A DNA stretch of 64,000 bases from Zancudomyces culisetae HAW-14-8 (GCA_052426225.1 JBNJNM010000021.1:1612001-1676000); one strand, 5' to 3'; shown: positions 33,017-46,727, counted from the stretch's first letter. Translations and numbers: made by a program. Notes: generated from the sequence alone by a model not told the origin.

Positions 33017-34333
33017 ATGAAGTTTACGACAATAGTGTCACTTTTGGCGTCTGTAACCGCTGCAGCAAAATGCAAGCCACGCTACCCCGTGGACAACACC
33101 CACTGCCCAGACACAGGAAGCCCAGTAGGAAATGTTAAAACTGGATTTGAAAACTGGCTTGAAATGATGAAATCTTCTGATTTTGACTTCAAATCAAACT
33201 ATGGTTTCATCACAAATCCAACAGCAGTAAATAGAGATTTGGTGCATGAGGTAGACTATCTCGTTGCACAAAATAAGTTGAAAATTGTTGGTGTTGTCGG
33301 ACCAGAGCACGGATTCCGTGGAGCAGCTCAAGCAGGAGAATCACTTGGAGGATCCACATATCGTGATGTTGTTACTAACCTTACAGTATATGACGGATAT
33401 GCATTTACCAATGGCTCGCAATGGGCTAACGCATTCAACAAAATGGAAGCTGACACTTTGGTTTTTGATATCCAGGATGTCGGAGCTCGATTCTACACAT
33501 ACATCTGGACTATGTATGATGCAATGGTCGGCGCTGCCCTTGCCAAAAAGAAGTTTATAGTTCTCGACAGACCAAACCCAGTCGGAGGATTGGTTGTTGA
33601 TGGAGCCACTCTCCAACTTCAAAACGCCTCATTTATCGGAAGACGCGAAATCGCTCAACAACACGGCATGACTGTTGGTGAACTTGCAACATTGTTTAAC
33701 GAGGAATTCTTGCCAAATGAAGTACAGCTCAACAACACAGCAGTCAAGAAGATTGATCTCCAAGTCATCAAAATGACAGGATGGGAACGTAGCATGTACT
33801 TTGATCAAACCGGTCTCCCATGGATCATACCATCACCAAATATGCCAACACCATCAACAGCCACGGTATACCCAGGTCAATCACTCTTTGAAGGAACCAA
33901 CTTGAGCGAAGGTCGTGGAACAACCAGGCCATTTGAAACTGTCGGAGCACCATTCATGAAAGATCTTGCACTTGACACATTGGTAAAGACACTCAACTCA
34001 TACAAACTTCCAGGAGTCATATTCAGACCATTCTACTTTACACCATCATTCTCTAAGTTCTCTGGAGTTGAATGTGGTGGATTGCAGCTTTATGTTAGTG
34101 ACCGCAGAACCTATCGCCCAATTACTGCTGCAATCGCAACACTTTCAACCATCAGAAACCAATTCCCAGCAAACTTTACAATCTTGGCAACAAACTCCAT
34201 TGACAGACTCTCAGGAAATACAAAACTAAGAAAATTCTTGAACGAAGGAGCCAGCTACCCAACAATTGTCAGTTCATACCAAGCTGATGTTGCTGCCTTT
34301 ACTCAACTCAGATCCAAATACCTTATGTACTAA
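33017..34333 (+). CDS. namZ: Probably secreted NamZ/YbbC-family (DUF1343) exo-beta-N-acetylmuramidase-like protein
   Basis: 438 aa from ATG 33017 with signal-peptide-like MKFTTIVSLLASVTAA. Motifs ITNPT, GPEHGFRG, FDIQDVGARFYTY, VLDRPNP, HGMTVGELA, PSPNMPT, FEGTNLSEGRGTTRPFE. TATATAA at ~32923. Confidence 0.93.
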   Translation: MKFTTIVSLLASVTAAAKCKPRYPVDNTHCPDTGSPVGNVKTGFENWLEMMKSSDFDFKSNYGFITNPTAVNRDLVHEVDYLVAQNKLKIVGVVGPEHGFRGAAQAGESLGGSTYRDVVTNLTVYDGYAFTNGSQWANAFNKMEADTLVFDIQDVGARFYTYIWTMYDAMVGAALAKKKFIVLDRPNPVGGLVVDGATLQLQNASFIGRREIAQQHGMTVGELATLFNEEFLPNEVQLNNTAVKKIDLQVIKMTGWERSMYFDQTGLPWIIPSPNMPTPSTATVYPGQSLFEGTNLSEGRGTTRPFETVGAPFMKDLALDTLVKTLNSYKLPGVIFRPFYFTPSFSKFSGVECGGLQLYVSDRRTYRPITAAIATLSTIRNQFPANFTILATNSIDRLSGNTKLRKFLNEGASYPTIVSSYQADVAAFTQLRSKYLMY

Positions 34334-36038
34334 ACTCTTGAGTTTATCAGCTTAAAATGTAATAGATTACATTTTTTATGAAAAAAAAACTTCATTACAA
34401 TAACGCTCAATGAATTTGGGTCTCTTGGAGGAATAAAGATAATTTGTTAAAGTAGATATTATTTAGTAGTAATAGTTTCTATATATTTTAAGAACCGAGT
34501 ATTTTAAATATTGATTATTTAACAAATCCACAATACAAAAAACATCCAACACTTAAAATAGCTAAAATCAAATAGTGGTTTTTGAATTGTTTTCGGCTTT
34601 TCTTTTTTGGTTTACAATAAATTAAATAAGTAACTTGCCTTTTAATATAGAGTTTGGATCAGCATTGGTACCAGGCTGGGAAGAATTTTAAATCTTGCAA
34701 CTAGTGAAGCATGTGGGTTATTTGGATTCATGGATAGTTAGGATAGGACAGATAGATTGGAACTTCAAGATCTGGTATATATTTTGTATCACTATAGATA
34801 AAATCCACTGAATACACTCTCTTGGGCTACACAAAATTATCTGCAGTTCGGAAAATGTATTTAGAAAAACACATTCCAGAAACACCAAGAGCAGAGAGAA
34901 TGGTCATTAGAGAGTAGAAAACGGTAATAAAAAACAAAAAATGCCTATAGTGTTTGTTTATTGTTTGATTTTTAGTACATTTCTTTAATAGGTTCGCTAG
35001 GCAAAAACAAATAGATTGTAGTTACCCTGAGATACTCTAACAAGCAAGACAGAACTTTAATTTTTTTTAGTTTTAGCTGTATAATATATTAGCATGCATA
35101 GTGATACTCTAGGATAGTTATAATCTGTGTTCATGTATCAATTCAAAATCCATTTGCTTTTTGTAAACAGGAATACACCAGCTCTCAAAGATTGTATTTT
35201 AGGTATTTGCGAAAAATCGATAACCATTTCCATTTCCATTGCCGTAATTTGGTGTTTATTTGATTTTTTTTTTTTTTCGTGAGTACCGATTATGACATTT
35301 CTAAATATAATTAACAAGTCATATTATGCAAGTTGAGCACCGTCATCTTCTAAATAAACTGAATAATATGAGAACTTTTTAATGGTATGCTTTATAAAAT
35401 AATTACCTATGGTTCATCAATAGATAACTCAATAAATTTTCAAATAAATGATTTAACAATCCCAAATAACAATATCTATTGAATATAAATGTGCATGATT
35501 GACACTACAACTCATGATAAAAAATAAAGTTTTAACGTTCATGATTCCCCAATCTCGTTAAATATTCTAGATGTTTACAAGAAGAATGTAAAACCTACAA
35601 TGCCTACATTGCGATTATTGTGCTTTCTGAATTTCGTAGTGGGCATGAGTGTAAAGCTATATAAAAAAACAATAATCCCACATAGTATCAACTTTACCAA
35701 TCCCCCTCCATCCCTCTAGGAACTTCATACTGATCGGGCATTGAGTTAAGGATTCATCTGTACCCATGAACTGGTGTTTTATAGCATTGAATCAAATTAA
35801 AGCATTGAGAGAAGAAACAAGATTTCCAAGTTTTCACGAGCTTTCATTTATTAGCTACTACTAAAGATATAGGCTTGCTAGAAATATTTTCAAGTTTTTT
35901 ATAGTGTGCTGCCCTGTACAATATATAGAATTTAATATAATAAAATCCTAGTATCAAACAGAAGGTCATAATTTAATTCTAATCTCCAGAAAAGTATCAA
36001 ACTTTTCAAAATTTATAATTTAAAATATGAAATTAGTC

Positions 36039-37892
36039 CTAATGTTCACATAATGAGAATCGACGCTCAAATGTCATTTCATTTTGGTGATTGACCAAAT
36101 ACTATTTTAATAGTTAAATACAACAAAATAATAATATTTTAGTTAATATCTTGTAACTTGATTTAGTACAATATGATAATATCATCAGATAAATACATAA
36201 GCGCAAAGTATTATATCTTACCTTTCTTTCTGCCATCAGTTCTTCTCTATACTTCTCAGCGTCCTTTCTCTCGATTGGCCAGTTCATATGCTTATTAATG
36301 TTGTCCAAAACCAGGGATGGCAGATTTGTTAGCTTTGATGGGTTTTTATTGAGTTCTTCAGCATACCACTCCTTTTGTTGAGGTGGAACAATCGCTGTGG
36401 AATAGACTCGGTTATTTGGATTCACTAAAAAGAAACACAATATTTTTCTGACTCCTGGCTTGGTCTTGTCAACCAATTCAAATGGTTGTACTTGATGCTG
36501 GTACCGATTAGGAAAAGATAAACATCTCCCTTCGTGGGTTACTACTCCTCCCAGAAACTGATTCAATGCCTCTTCATCCTCCAACCCATATTCCAATCTA
36601 ACACCTCTCTTATCATTCTGTTCATAGTATGGTTCTCTTGCTGTCTTTCGGAAGTTTAATCTCGATTCAGTAATGTTTTCTTGATAGTAGTAGTATATTC
36701 CAGTGCTTACAATATCCTCATTCAACATACCCTCGATATGCCAAACTCCACCCTTGTATGTTGGCTTTTCGGGGGTTAGACAAATGTTGGCCATCTTTAC
36801 AATAACCTGAAGTCTTGTTCCGTTCAAATCAACAATGTCAACAGGATCAATGATATTTTGTGGAGAAAATGAATACTCAGCTGGTGGTGTAACCAATTTT
36901 TGTTCATCAAATATATCCCAGTACTCATCCTCGTCATCATCATACTCTTCTTCCTCTCCTTCTTCTTCATTTTCTACCTCCTCTCCGTCCTTCTGTCGCT
37001 TGTCTTCAGTGTTTATTTCTTTTTTGATTCTAGCGACAAATTCATCAAAATATTCAACATAGTACGTGGTTGGGTCAATGCGTGGAGTTTGTTTGCAAAC
37101 GTATTTTTCAGTTGAATAAGTCAATACCTTGTTAAACATTGGCACGAAATGACCCAATACTTGTTCAATGCATGTGTACAGTTTACCGTATTTTTTGGGG
37201 TGCAGATTGTTGATGTATGATAGGATCTTTGTGTTCCTTTCAGCATTCACATCCACCTCTGTAGGCAACCATACGAATTTTTCCGAGACAGAGCTATCAT
37301 ACCATGCACGCTTTCTGTTGTTTTTTATAGCTTCAAATGCTAAATTATCCACACTTCCTGCACCCAAGTTCATATAGCTCCTCATTATATCCGTTTCATT
37401 AGGACTCAAATCCTTTGTAACCGCCCTGCTTACTCCATTGATAACAGGATAGAGTGATGGATGGACTAGGTCCAGTACTTGTTGGTCGGATCCAGGATGC
37501 CAGTCCTGGCTATTTTCTGTGTCTTTTTCAAACTCTTCGACGGCTTGAATAAGCTGGTTTAGTACCGATTTTGGGATATAATCGTCTGCAAAAAACGTTC
37601 CATCTACAGCCTCTAGTATTTTTTCTCCCTCAGCGTACTTTCCTGCCAAATACTCACATTCATCAAGAGCATACTGAACATCCTTTTCATCAAAGTTGGT
37701 AAGCAATTCCTGTTTCCATTTTCCTTTTATTTCTGGATTCTTTATTTTTAAGTTCCATTCTTTTTTGCTTCTGATTTCGCTTACTATCTTGACAATGGAT
37801 TGTTCAATCAAGGTCATAAAGTATTCACCATCACCATAGTCAAAATAACGGAAAACAGAAAAGAAATCTGGTAGTACTTTGTCCGAGCTCAT
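36039..37892 (-). CDS. DUF4246-family protein (putative 2OG-Fe(II) oxygenase-like); intron 36102-36221
   Basis: DWHPGSDQQVLDLVHPSLYP, LQVIVKMANI, WHIEG, FPNRYQH, RKILCFFLV. Splicing GTAAG..AATAG restores the typical C-terminus FSLCEH*. Confidence 0.88.
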
Positions 37893-38318
37893 CGTTGTTC
37901 AGCTAATCGCACCTATTAATTGTTGGTGGTTTTGGTAGTTGAGTATGCTGTAGGTTTTTAAACTTGCTTTGAGAAGTCGAGGGTTGTTTATATCCGTTTT
38001 TTCGGTTCAGCATTAATACTATATATCCAACCATCTTAGAATACCACTTTTTTGATTGTTTTTTCTTGGTGGATTTATTAGATCTGTATTACATAAGCTA
38101 ATAAAAAAGTAGCACTTTAACACCAATGAAACCAATTCCGCAGCACTTTTCTAAGAGATGCTTTGTGTTCTACAGGATACTGATGTTAAAGAAGGTTTCA
38201 GTTGTCAGTAACAACTAGGGTATATTATTAGATTATATTTTATTACAAACAAGGTTTTATTGATTTAGATTGACTGGCTAAAAAAAAAAGTATAAACACA
38301 ATGATAATGAAGGAAAAA

Positions 38319-41300
38319 TTATTTCTGGTTAATGAGTTTGGAGGCACCGACTCTGACTCTGGCGGATTCAACAGATTGCGAGGGTTCGGGTTGTTGCTGA
38401 GGTAAGAAAATGTCGTCCCAAGGGTGGCGGTACAAACCTTGCTTGAGACGTTTCTGATCGAGGTAATGGCCAATGAAACCAACACTTCTTCTAGAACAAA
38501 CAGGCCGTTGAGGGTACCAATGCGGGTATACTCGTCGGCTTCTTCAGGAGTGAAAGCACCAGAGTGACGGAGCAAGTCGACAAAGAGGACACCGATGCAC
38601 CATCGACGTTGAGAATGAGGTTGTCCTTTTTGGAGGTGGTGATTTGTTCGACCTCAAAGGCGTAGTCGAGGACAGGGGTCTTTGGAAGTGTTTTTTGGCG
38701 TAGTCGGTGATGATGGTGACACGCAGATCAGGGTTTGTTCTGGACTTGATTTTATGGCCAATTCCGAGAATCAGTTTGTTTTGTTTGCGCATAGAATCAA
38801 CAAACTCACGGGGAGTGAGACCCTTATCATAGGCAGAGCCAAACTGGTCAGCAGCACCGTCAAGAGCACCACCAAAGCGTTCACCGATGGTCAATAGACC
38901 GGAACAGAGGGAAGAGATCAGGTCTTTTCCAGCACGGGCAGTGACGATGGCGTTGTGGGCACCAGAGACAGCAGGACCGTGATCAGCAGTCAACATCAGA
39001 ATCATTTCAATGAACTTGCAGGCATAAGCAGGTAGTCTGCGCTTGAACCAGAGCAACGAAACAACACCACCAATGCCAATATCTTCTTTAAAAACATCAG
39101 AAATACGCATTCCAGCGTAGAGCAATTCCTGGCCACGATCGTCACAAATAGTACTGACAAAGGAAGCGGGTTTGCGGATCAGGCCGAGTTCTTGAGCCCA
39201 GGCATAGTCGATAGGGATCTTTGGAGGCTCAGGTTCAGGCTTTGGAATAATAGTTCCAGCTTGAACCATGTTGGAGAAGGTGCTGTTGAGGAGAGCAGGG
39301 AGATCTTCAAAGGTGTCGGGGACCAAGACGCCAGCAGCACGTAGACCGGCATTCTTTGCTTCGGCAGTTTCCAAATCGGTGTTGGCAAGGGCGCCGGCGT
39401 GGCCAAATTGGACTTCAGCACCAAACATCTTTGCGCAAGTTCCAATACACCAGGCGACGATTGGCTTGGTCAATTTCTTGGATTTGACGGCTTCGGCAAC
39501 ACGGTATTCTTCAACACCACCGACTTCACCCAACAAAACCATCAGTTTGACGTTTGGATCGGCTTCGTAGCGCAACAAGTGGTCCAAGAATGTCGAGCCG
39601 GGGTATCTGTCACCACCAATGGCAACACCTTCGTACACACCGTCAGTGGTTCGCGAAATGATGTTGTTGAGTTCGTTAGACATACCTCCACTCTTGCTGA
39701 CATATGCGACTGAACCTGGAAAGTACAGCTTGGATGATGCAATGTTGTCCATCATTCCTCCAGTGTTTCCGATCTTGAAGCAGCCTGGCTTGATGCCTCC
39801 GACTGTTGCTGGACCTATCAACAACAGGTTGCGTTTGTTTGCTTCGCACAACAGTTGTCTGGCTCGACGCTCAGGGACACCCTCGGCAATAATTGCGATA
39901 CATTTGATGTTGTCATATGTCATCATTTCCATGGTTGTCTCGTAAACTGAGCGGCATGAGGCAAAGTTGACTGCAACTGAAACATCGGGTGAGCGCTTGA
40001 TAGCTTCAGACAACGATGAAAAGACTGGCAATAGTGTTTCTTGTGTCCCCCAGTAGAATTTTTGCACGTGGTTGCCACTAAATGGATACACTATACAGGC
40101 AACAGATGGCCGTGATCGCTTGCAGATAAAGTCAAAGTCCAACATACCCTGAACTGCACGTGGTTGCATTCCAAATACAATCGACCGTGTGTTTGAATCA
40201 AATGGAGCATACCAGCTTCCGGGTGAGGCTTCTACCACTGGCTGCACTAGCTTGGTCATGCTAGGTGCCTTAGAATCTATCTTGGCAGATCCAGATAATG
40301 GTGTTTGGAAGCCTGAAAGGCTGTCTTCGATTGGTGTGCCTGGTGCAGGTGTGTCGGGGATCTGTTTTCTTAGGTTATCTCTGAAATCCACCACACTGGC
40401 TGATTTCTTTCCTAATGCCAATGGAACTATTGCTGTGATATGTGTTTCTGGTCCAAATACGCGGATCTCAACTCCCAACACGTCTCCCAACTCTCTCATC
40501 ATTCTCAATCCCTCCTGCCAGTTTGGTCCAGCACGGCGAACGTATATTTTAATATCATTTGATATCAACTGTGTCTTAAGCTCCTTCAATGCGCGGATAA
40601 TTCCCTTGAATGTGGTTGCTACGTTGGTAAAGTTGGCAATTCCTCCTCCAATAATCAGTACCTTGCCATCTGCATGTCTCTCTCGTGTCATCAACTCAAG
40701 AATGGTCTTTGCATATTCATAAGTCTGATTCTCTGATGGTGCTCCTGAATACTCACCATAGTTGGCCAACTCTGCTGCACATCCATATGCTGCAATTGCA
40801 TCAGCATACACCACTGATGCTCCTCCTCCTGCCACCATTGTCCACACTCTTCCCTTTGGATTCAAGATCGTCAACTTCAAACTGGCTCCCGTCTTTGAGT
40901 CAAGTTCTTGTACATATGCCTCTTCTGGTGTCAATTCACGTCCAAATGGTGCTGGGAACTCCATTGGTGGTCCCCCAAATGCTGTCTTTACACTTCGTGC
41001 CTTGAATTCCTCTGTCATCCTTGATGATGCCCACAATGATCCCGATTCAAACTCTGCAGTCTGGTCCAACTTGGCTGCCATATCCAATGGAACTACCTCA
41101 ACTCCTTTGCCTTCTCTTTCCATAACCACCAATGGGTTTATCTCCAAGTATGTGAAGTTCAATCTCACAAACACTGCGTACAATCTCTCTACAAATCCAT
41201 ACAGTGCTGCCTTTTTACTTTCTGTGTCCACTGCTCCAAACAACTTTTCTGTCAACTCCTTCTTCTCTGGGAAATCTCCATTGACTGGAATAAAGCACCG

Positions 41301-41840
41301 TGTTGCCTTACTATCCACATCTCCAATATCTACTCCTCCCTCATGTGTAAACAAAATTTCATCTCCCTCCCTATGAGTTTGAATACACACATAGTATTCC
41401 TCCGATGCTGTGTGTGGCAAAAATGGCTCGATTACAAACACCTTTATTACCCCTGAGACAGCTCCTATCTTGATTTCCTTGAATGCCCGCTCTGCAATCC
41501 AGTTCTTGACATCTGACCAATCTTGGTTGATCAATAACAATCCACTCTTTCCCCGGCGCTTGATAAGCTGGTCAGGCTTCACCACCAGCTTTGTGGTTTT
41601 GAGCCATGGATTGTATACCTCTACTCTTTCCAGTTCTTGTCTAATTGCTGCATCAAGTGCCTCTTTGCTATTTACCTTGGGCAACTCAAACCTTACTTGC
41701 GCTAGGTGTGTCTTTGGAAACAGAAACTCTCCGCTTGATGTTTCTCTCCTGGTTTGGTCTGCACAGAGTGTTGGTACTGTGAACAGATTCTCTGCCAACA
41801 AAAGTTTTCCGTCGTATTCTCTAATTGCCTTGGCTGACAT
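38319..41840 (-). CDS. ACL1: ATP-citrate lyase, single-chain (fused) type; three apparent 1-bp deletions near the 3' end
   Basis: [39 protein letters not shown] phospho-His motif, ADHGPAVSG. Conserved [24 protein letters not shown] continue in shifted frames after ~38685, ~38597 and ~38491. Stop position approximate. Confidence 0.95.
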
Positions 41841-44800
41841 CTTTTCTTGCTACTATTTTTTTTTGACTATATAAAAATAGATATAGTGAGTATTATTCAA
41901 CTCGTTTTTCCTTCCCTTGTGGTATATACAATATAAACTTCTTTGTAAATAAAAAAAATTAAAATAAAAACCCAGACTATAATCTACCTACTCTTCTTGT
42001 TGTTCTAGTTTAGTTTTTATTTAGTAATTTTTTCTCTGTCCTATATTCTCTTTTTGATCCTATAACAAAAAAAAAAGAAGCGTATTCTATACAGATTGAT
42101 TGATAGATTGATAGATAAATTGATAGATAAATACCAAAATTTGTTTAATAAGTGAGCAGGCCGTGTGTTGATAAAAAGATCAGGCGGGTTATGGAAAGTC
42201 TGTGCTATTATATAATTTTTTGTGTTTCCTAAACCATTCAAATTGCACCTTTTGTATGCTTTTCAATATTCTTTATTGACCAAATGAATATCTTTATCAC
42301 AATCAGGCATTCTTTTTTTTCAAAAATTTTTTTTTTCATATGCTATTTATTTCAGTTATTTTCTTTCTGGATCCAAACAAAAAAAATGTATAGGCAAAAA
42401 GAAAAAGAAAAGTTTAATTATGCAGAAAATTGGACATAATTCAAGTGTTTGCGAAATTAGCCCCAGTCATTTTCAACAAAATATCACCTGCTTACAAAGA
42501 CAACAAGCGCGCCTTTTCCGCATTTCGGTTTATTCAGGCTTTTTTCCCTTTTTCTCATTTTCTTTTGAAAACAAAAATTGTCCTTTTTCACACCTTTCCA
42601 ATTTAAAACAAAAACATGCTAAGCCTTGGTTTATTATGGGAGATAGTGTTTCTCCTTTCAACTTTAGGAACCTCCAACTCCTCCCCTTTCCCCTTCCCCC
42701 CTCCCCCCTTATTTGAGCCACTGTCAAACTACTATTTTTTTTACATGTCTTGGTGACCAGTTTGAGTTTGAAAAAAAAAACAATTGTTTCAGTGTTTGCT
42801 GCTTTTCGGTGTTTACTTTCGGTATTTGCATTTATTTATTTTTGACCACCTTGCTCATGGATTCTTTGACCAAATAAGCATAGGCAGTTTGTAAATATAT
42901 TCAAAAACGCTTTTATCTCTATATCCCCTCTCCTCACCCTCCCCCCCCCTCCCAAAGAAAATGAGTGACATTTGTCTGCTGTTTTCATTCTTGTGCTTTT
43001 TTTAGGAGAATTTGTTTAACTAGGCCTTACCTTCCCCTTCCCAATCTTACTCAGATGTTGTCATTGTTTAAGCCTAATTCAGCTCAAAGTGCAATCTCAG
43101 AAAGGAGGGTGAAAAGGGTGAAAGCTCCACACTAGTTCCTCCCCTCCCCTTTCAAATAATGCTTGAGAGATGTGTCCCAATTAGTCCGGAATTCATCTTG
43201 ACTGATTTTCGCTTTTTCCTTTGTTTTTTATTAGCGGGTTTCCGTTTGTTCTGTAACATGGTGGACATCAAAGAAAATCCATTAAAAATCATGGCCTCAA
43301 TTTCATCTAAAACCAAGTAAATTGAAAGTTTGGAAATTGGAAACATTTCGTTGATTCCGAACTGTACATTTGCTAGCCAACCACAATTACACAGTTCACA
43401 AAAATGCAATGGAAAAATAAAAGGAAAGTGAAAGTGAAAATGAAAATGAAAAGGAAAACGAAAATGAAAATGAAAAACAGTTGATTAACTATATTCCTTC
43501 TGAGCCACTACCCCCAACCCTCACCCCTTACTCGCCCTTCACTACCACCCTACGCACTTCACAATTCCTCCAGCATTGGAGCAATTGTTTGATTGTTTCC
43601 TTTTTTTATTAGAATTAGTTTTCAACATCAATTTATGGAGCAATCCTCGGTAATCCCAACATGAGGTAAAAGTTAGTGTGTCAATTAAACCAACATCTTT
43701 TTATTGTGACCCTCCTCCCCCACTCCTACATATTCCTTTCCTTCCCCCTCCCCACCTTTTTTTTTCTAACGCTCTCTCATCCCCACGTCTGATCGCCATA
43801 ATTACCATTCTAATGGGTAATTTCTGGTGATGAGCACTAAGAATGCTCTGTGTTGCAGTTAATACACCACACATTTTTTTTCCAACTTTCAAAGTAGATT
43901 ATGCTCACCAGCAGTAAATAATAACTATAAATCTCAACAGACATAATAATTTGTTCATAAGAATTTCTATTTACTTTTTTTTTTCTTTCTCTTTTTTGTT
44001 TTCTTGGCTGAGCTTTTGTTGCTTTTAAATTAGAAACAAGGAAGAGTACTGTTCTGGCATTGTTCCTGCCAACTACTATGACCATAAAATAACAGTTATT
44101 CAACAAGGTCTCCCGATTTCTCTCAGCTTTCCAAATTAACGTTAGAAAATAAATTCGTTTAAACCCGGAGTTCCCGCCAAGTTTTTACAACGGCATTCAT
44201 TTAACTCCGAATGTAACAGGTACCAAGGTGTGAATAGAATTAAAAATATACAAGTTTGGATGATATGGAAACACTTTTTCCAATAGCCACCCCGACGCCA
44301 CACCTATTAGCAAAACCAGCGTTCTAAACACTATATTTATTTATTTTTGGCGTTTGAATTTGGTGTATTTGTCTATTGAACGTGTATAAATCTGTTTCTG
44401 CATTTGGAAGGTATAAAAGCATAGTAAAGATAGGTACACATTTTGGCATACCCATTCTAAGTGATACATGTGCGAATTACTAACTTTCTTTAATATTTGT
44501 GTCTCCTCGCTTTGCCTGAAACTCGGTAACAACAATCACAATAACTATTTTGGTAAAGAAAGATAAAATGGGAATTGCCTAAATCTGTTCATTTTTTATC
44601 ACACACAAAAATATTGTTTGTGGTTGGTTGGTGAGCCCTCTACAAACCTACTCCAAACTCCCTTTTTACTCTCCACAGCTCCTCCACCCCCTCCCCCAAT
44701 CCTCAAAAAGGCTTTTAGAATGAATGGCGATGCAAATGCTTGTGAGAAATAAATCCAACTGCTAGATAATTACTCATCACAAATTTCTTGGTCATATGAC

Positions 44801-45234
44801 ATTATTTTTTTGTCTTATTGCCAATTAATCCAAGCAAATGGTTAAGCAGCCCTGTGCGTTTCAAGTAGCTTGCCAATTAAATTCTTGGGATTTCGGAGCA
44901 TATATCATTTTACAGTAATTTCTGAGTTTCTCACGCCAATTCTGCGTAAAATATTATAAAGCTATATGCAAGGAAACCCATCCAGAAGAACGTAAAAGAT
45001 AGCAGAAACTGAATTATAACGCAATAAAGGGTAAATAGACTGTCAAAAGCTAAAGAATTTCGATAAATTTTGAGTAAATCATCAATTTTGTTTTCATATA
45101 ACCTTCCATTTCTGGGGAATAATAATCTAATTGAATACATTTATTTGTTTTGGGTAGTAGAAGTGAGCTAAATAAAAGAAAGCGACACCTAAATTGTCAT
45201 AGAATTGAAGAAGACAGAAGAATAGATAAAGAAA

Positions 45235-46216
45235 ATGAATTCTGCACTTTCGGAAAGAGATTCGAAAATAATCGAAGCTATTATGGGTGGAGGAGGTAAG
45301 TACACTTTTATTTATATAATGCACCTCAATGAGGTGTTGTAAGAATAGATAACACACGATTTTGGTGTGAATGTTTAATTTATTGTGCGAATTAACCGAG
45401 TACGCGTTCAACCTGAAATAGGAATCGAGGAGGAATTCACCAGGGAACAACTACTTGGAACAGTGGGTGATAGCAATCACGCACACACTGAAATTGAGCC
45501 AGAAAAAGGTCAGTATTCTACTCGTTTACTTTTTTATGCAACCTAGCTTGATGTTTTTAATTAAACTGTACAAAAGCCATTTTTGTGGAATATTTTTCTG
45601 GTACAAAAATAAATGTTTCAAAGACATAAAGATATGAAACTGATTCTGCTCTAGATTCATTTGGTATTGATCAAGAATCCTTAACTTTGATTAAAAGTGA
45701 CGAGAAAAGGGCTGTTTTGCTTGCTGAAGGCGGTGATTTAGACGCGGCTCTAGAGATTCTATCGCAAATAATCGCAAAATATCCAAAATACCCCTCGGCT
45801 TACAACAATAGGTAAAAATAAAAATACAATATATGTTTATCAACACGGTATATATCATTTCTCTAATTTTTCTGTATTTTTATGGACTAAACTTATCAAT
45901 GGTATAAAATAGAGCACAAGTGTATCGTCTGCTAGGTAAAAACGATTTGGCGCTATCCGACCTCGACACCACCATTGAACTAGGTAATTGCGATTCCACC
46001 CTATTGGGTCAAGCATACACACAGCGAGGAATTATAAAGCGAGCATTAGGTGACGATGAGTGTGCTCTTGCAAATTTTGAAGTGGGTGCTGAATGTGGAA
46101 ATGAAGTCGCGAAGATGGCCCAAGTCAGAGAGAATCCTTATGCAAAGATGTGTAATGCGATGTTTTTGAATGCGTTGGCAGAGTTGACAAAACCCAAAGA
46201 TGATGTTGAAGAGTGA
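45235..46216 (+). CDS. TTC36: Tetratricopeptide repeat protein 36 homolog; exons 45235-45295, 45422-45508, 45655-45811, 45913-46216
   Basis: The spliced frame gives SAYNNRAQVYRLLG, AYTQRG, GNEVAK and NPYAKMCNAM. Canonical GT-AG introns in consistent phase. Confidence 0.88.
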
Positions 46217-46727
46217 ATTACCGCCGGTTACAGTTGATAACTTGTGTTTGTAGCATTGAGCGCCGATAGATTTGGAGGGGGGGGGAGGGGTTGGATTTTT
46301 TGTAGTGTAGTTTCTATAATTCATTTTGTTTGGTATTGATGAAATAAATAAATGTCGTAGAGTATAATATTATTGTAGATATAGTTTTTTTTTCAATTGT
46401 ACTAGACAAAATTGCAGAAACGGTAAATGCACCACACCTAGGTGCAAACTAGCATTTATTAAACAAAAAAAGCATAATATAGTTACCCTTCCATTCGTTT
46501 TAAAAGTATTTATACCCGCATTTCCCTACCGTCTTTCAATTGTCGTAAAAAATCATATACCAAATGCTAATTGAATGTAGCGTCAAGTGGAAAGATACAA
46601 AGCTCTTATTCTATCTATTTGCTTGGAAAAGTCGCAAGTTGTTTTATAACTTGTATAGCTTTATTTCCCTCTTAAATCCAGTACATATCTAAAAGAATAA
46701 ACGTGCGAAATTCAAGATTTTTGAAAT

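Noticed and set aside
33017-34333. Bacterial contamination or chimeric contig as the source of namZ
   Set aside because: Flanks are AT-rich with a TATA box and no Shine-Dalgarno or operon neighbours, and the codon style resembles host genes such as ATP2. Spanning reads would confirm.
38243-38575. Separate 110-aa gene, or programmed frameshifting in ACL
   Set aside because: It is a shifted piece of the ACL C-terminus. There are no slippery or structural signals, and the pattern fits sequencing indels.
38682-41874. Many antisense ORFs over ACL (likewise over MCM2, ATP2 and gag-pol)
   Set aside because: Shadow frames of strongly codon-biased real genes; no recognisable motifs.
41900-45200. Short ORFs or a possible ncRNA in the long intergenic region
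   Set aside because: Low-complexity translations of homopolymer tracts; no snRNA, snoRNA or tRNA motif recognised by eye. An Rfam/Infernal scan would be needed to exclude one.
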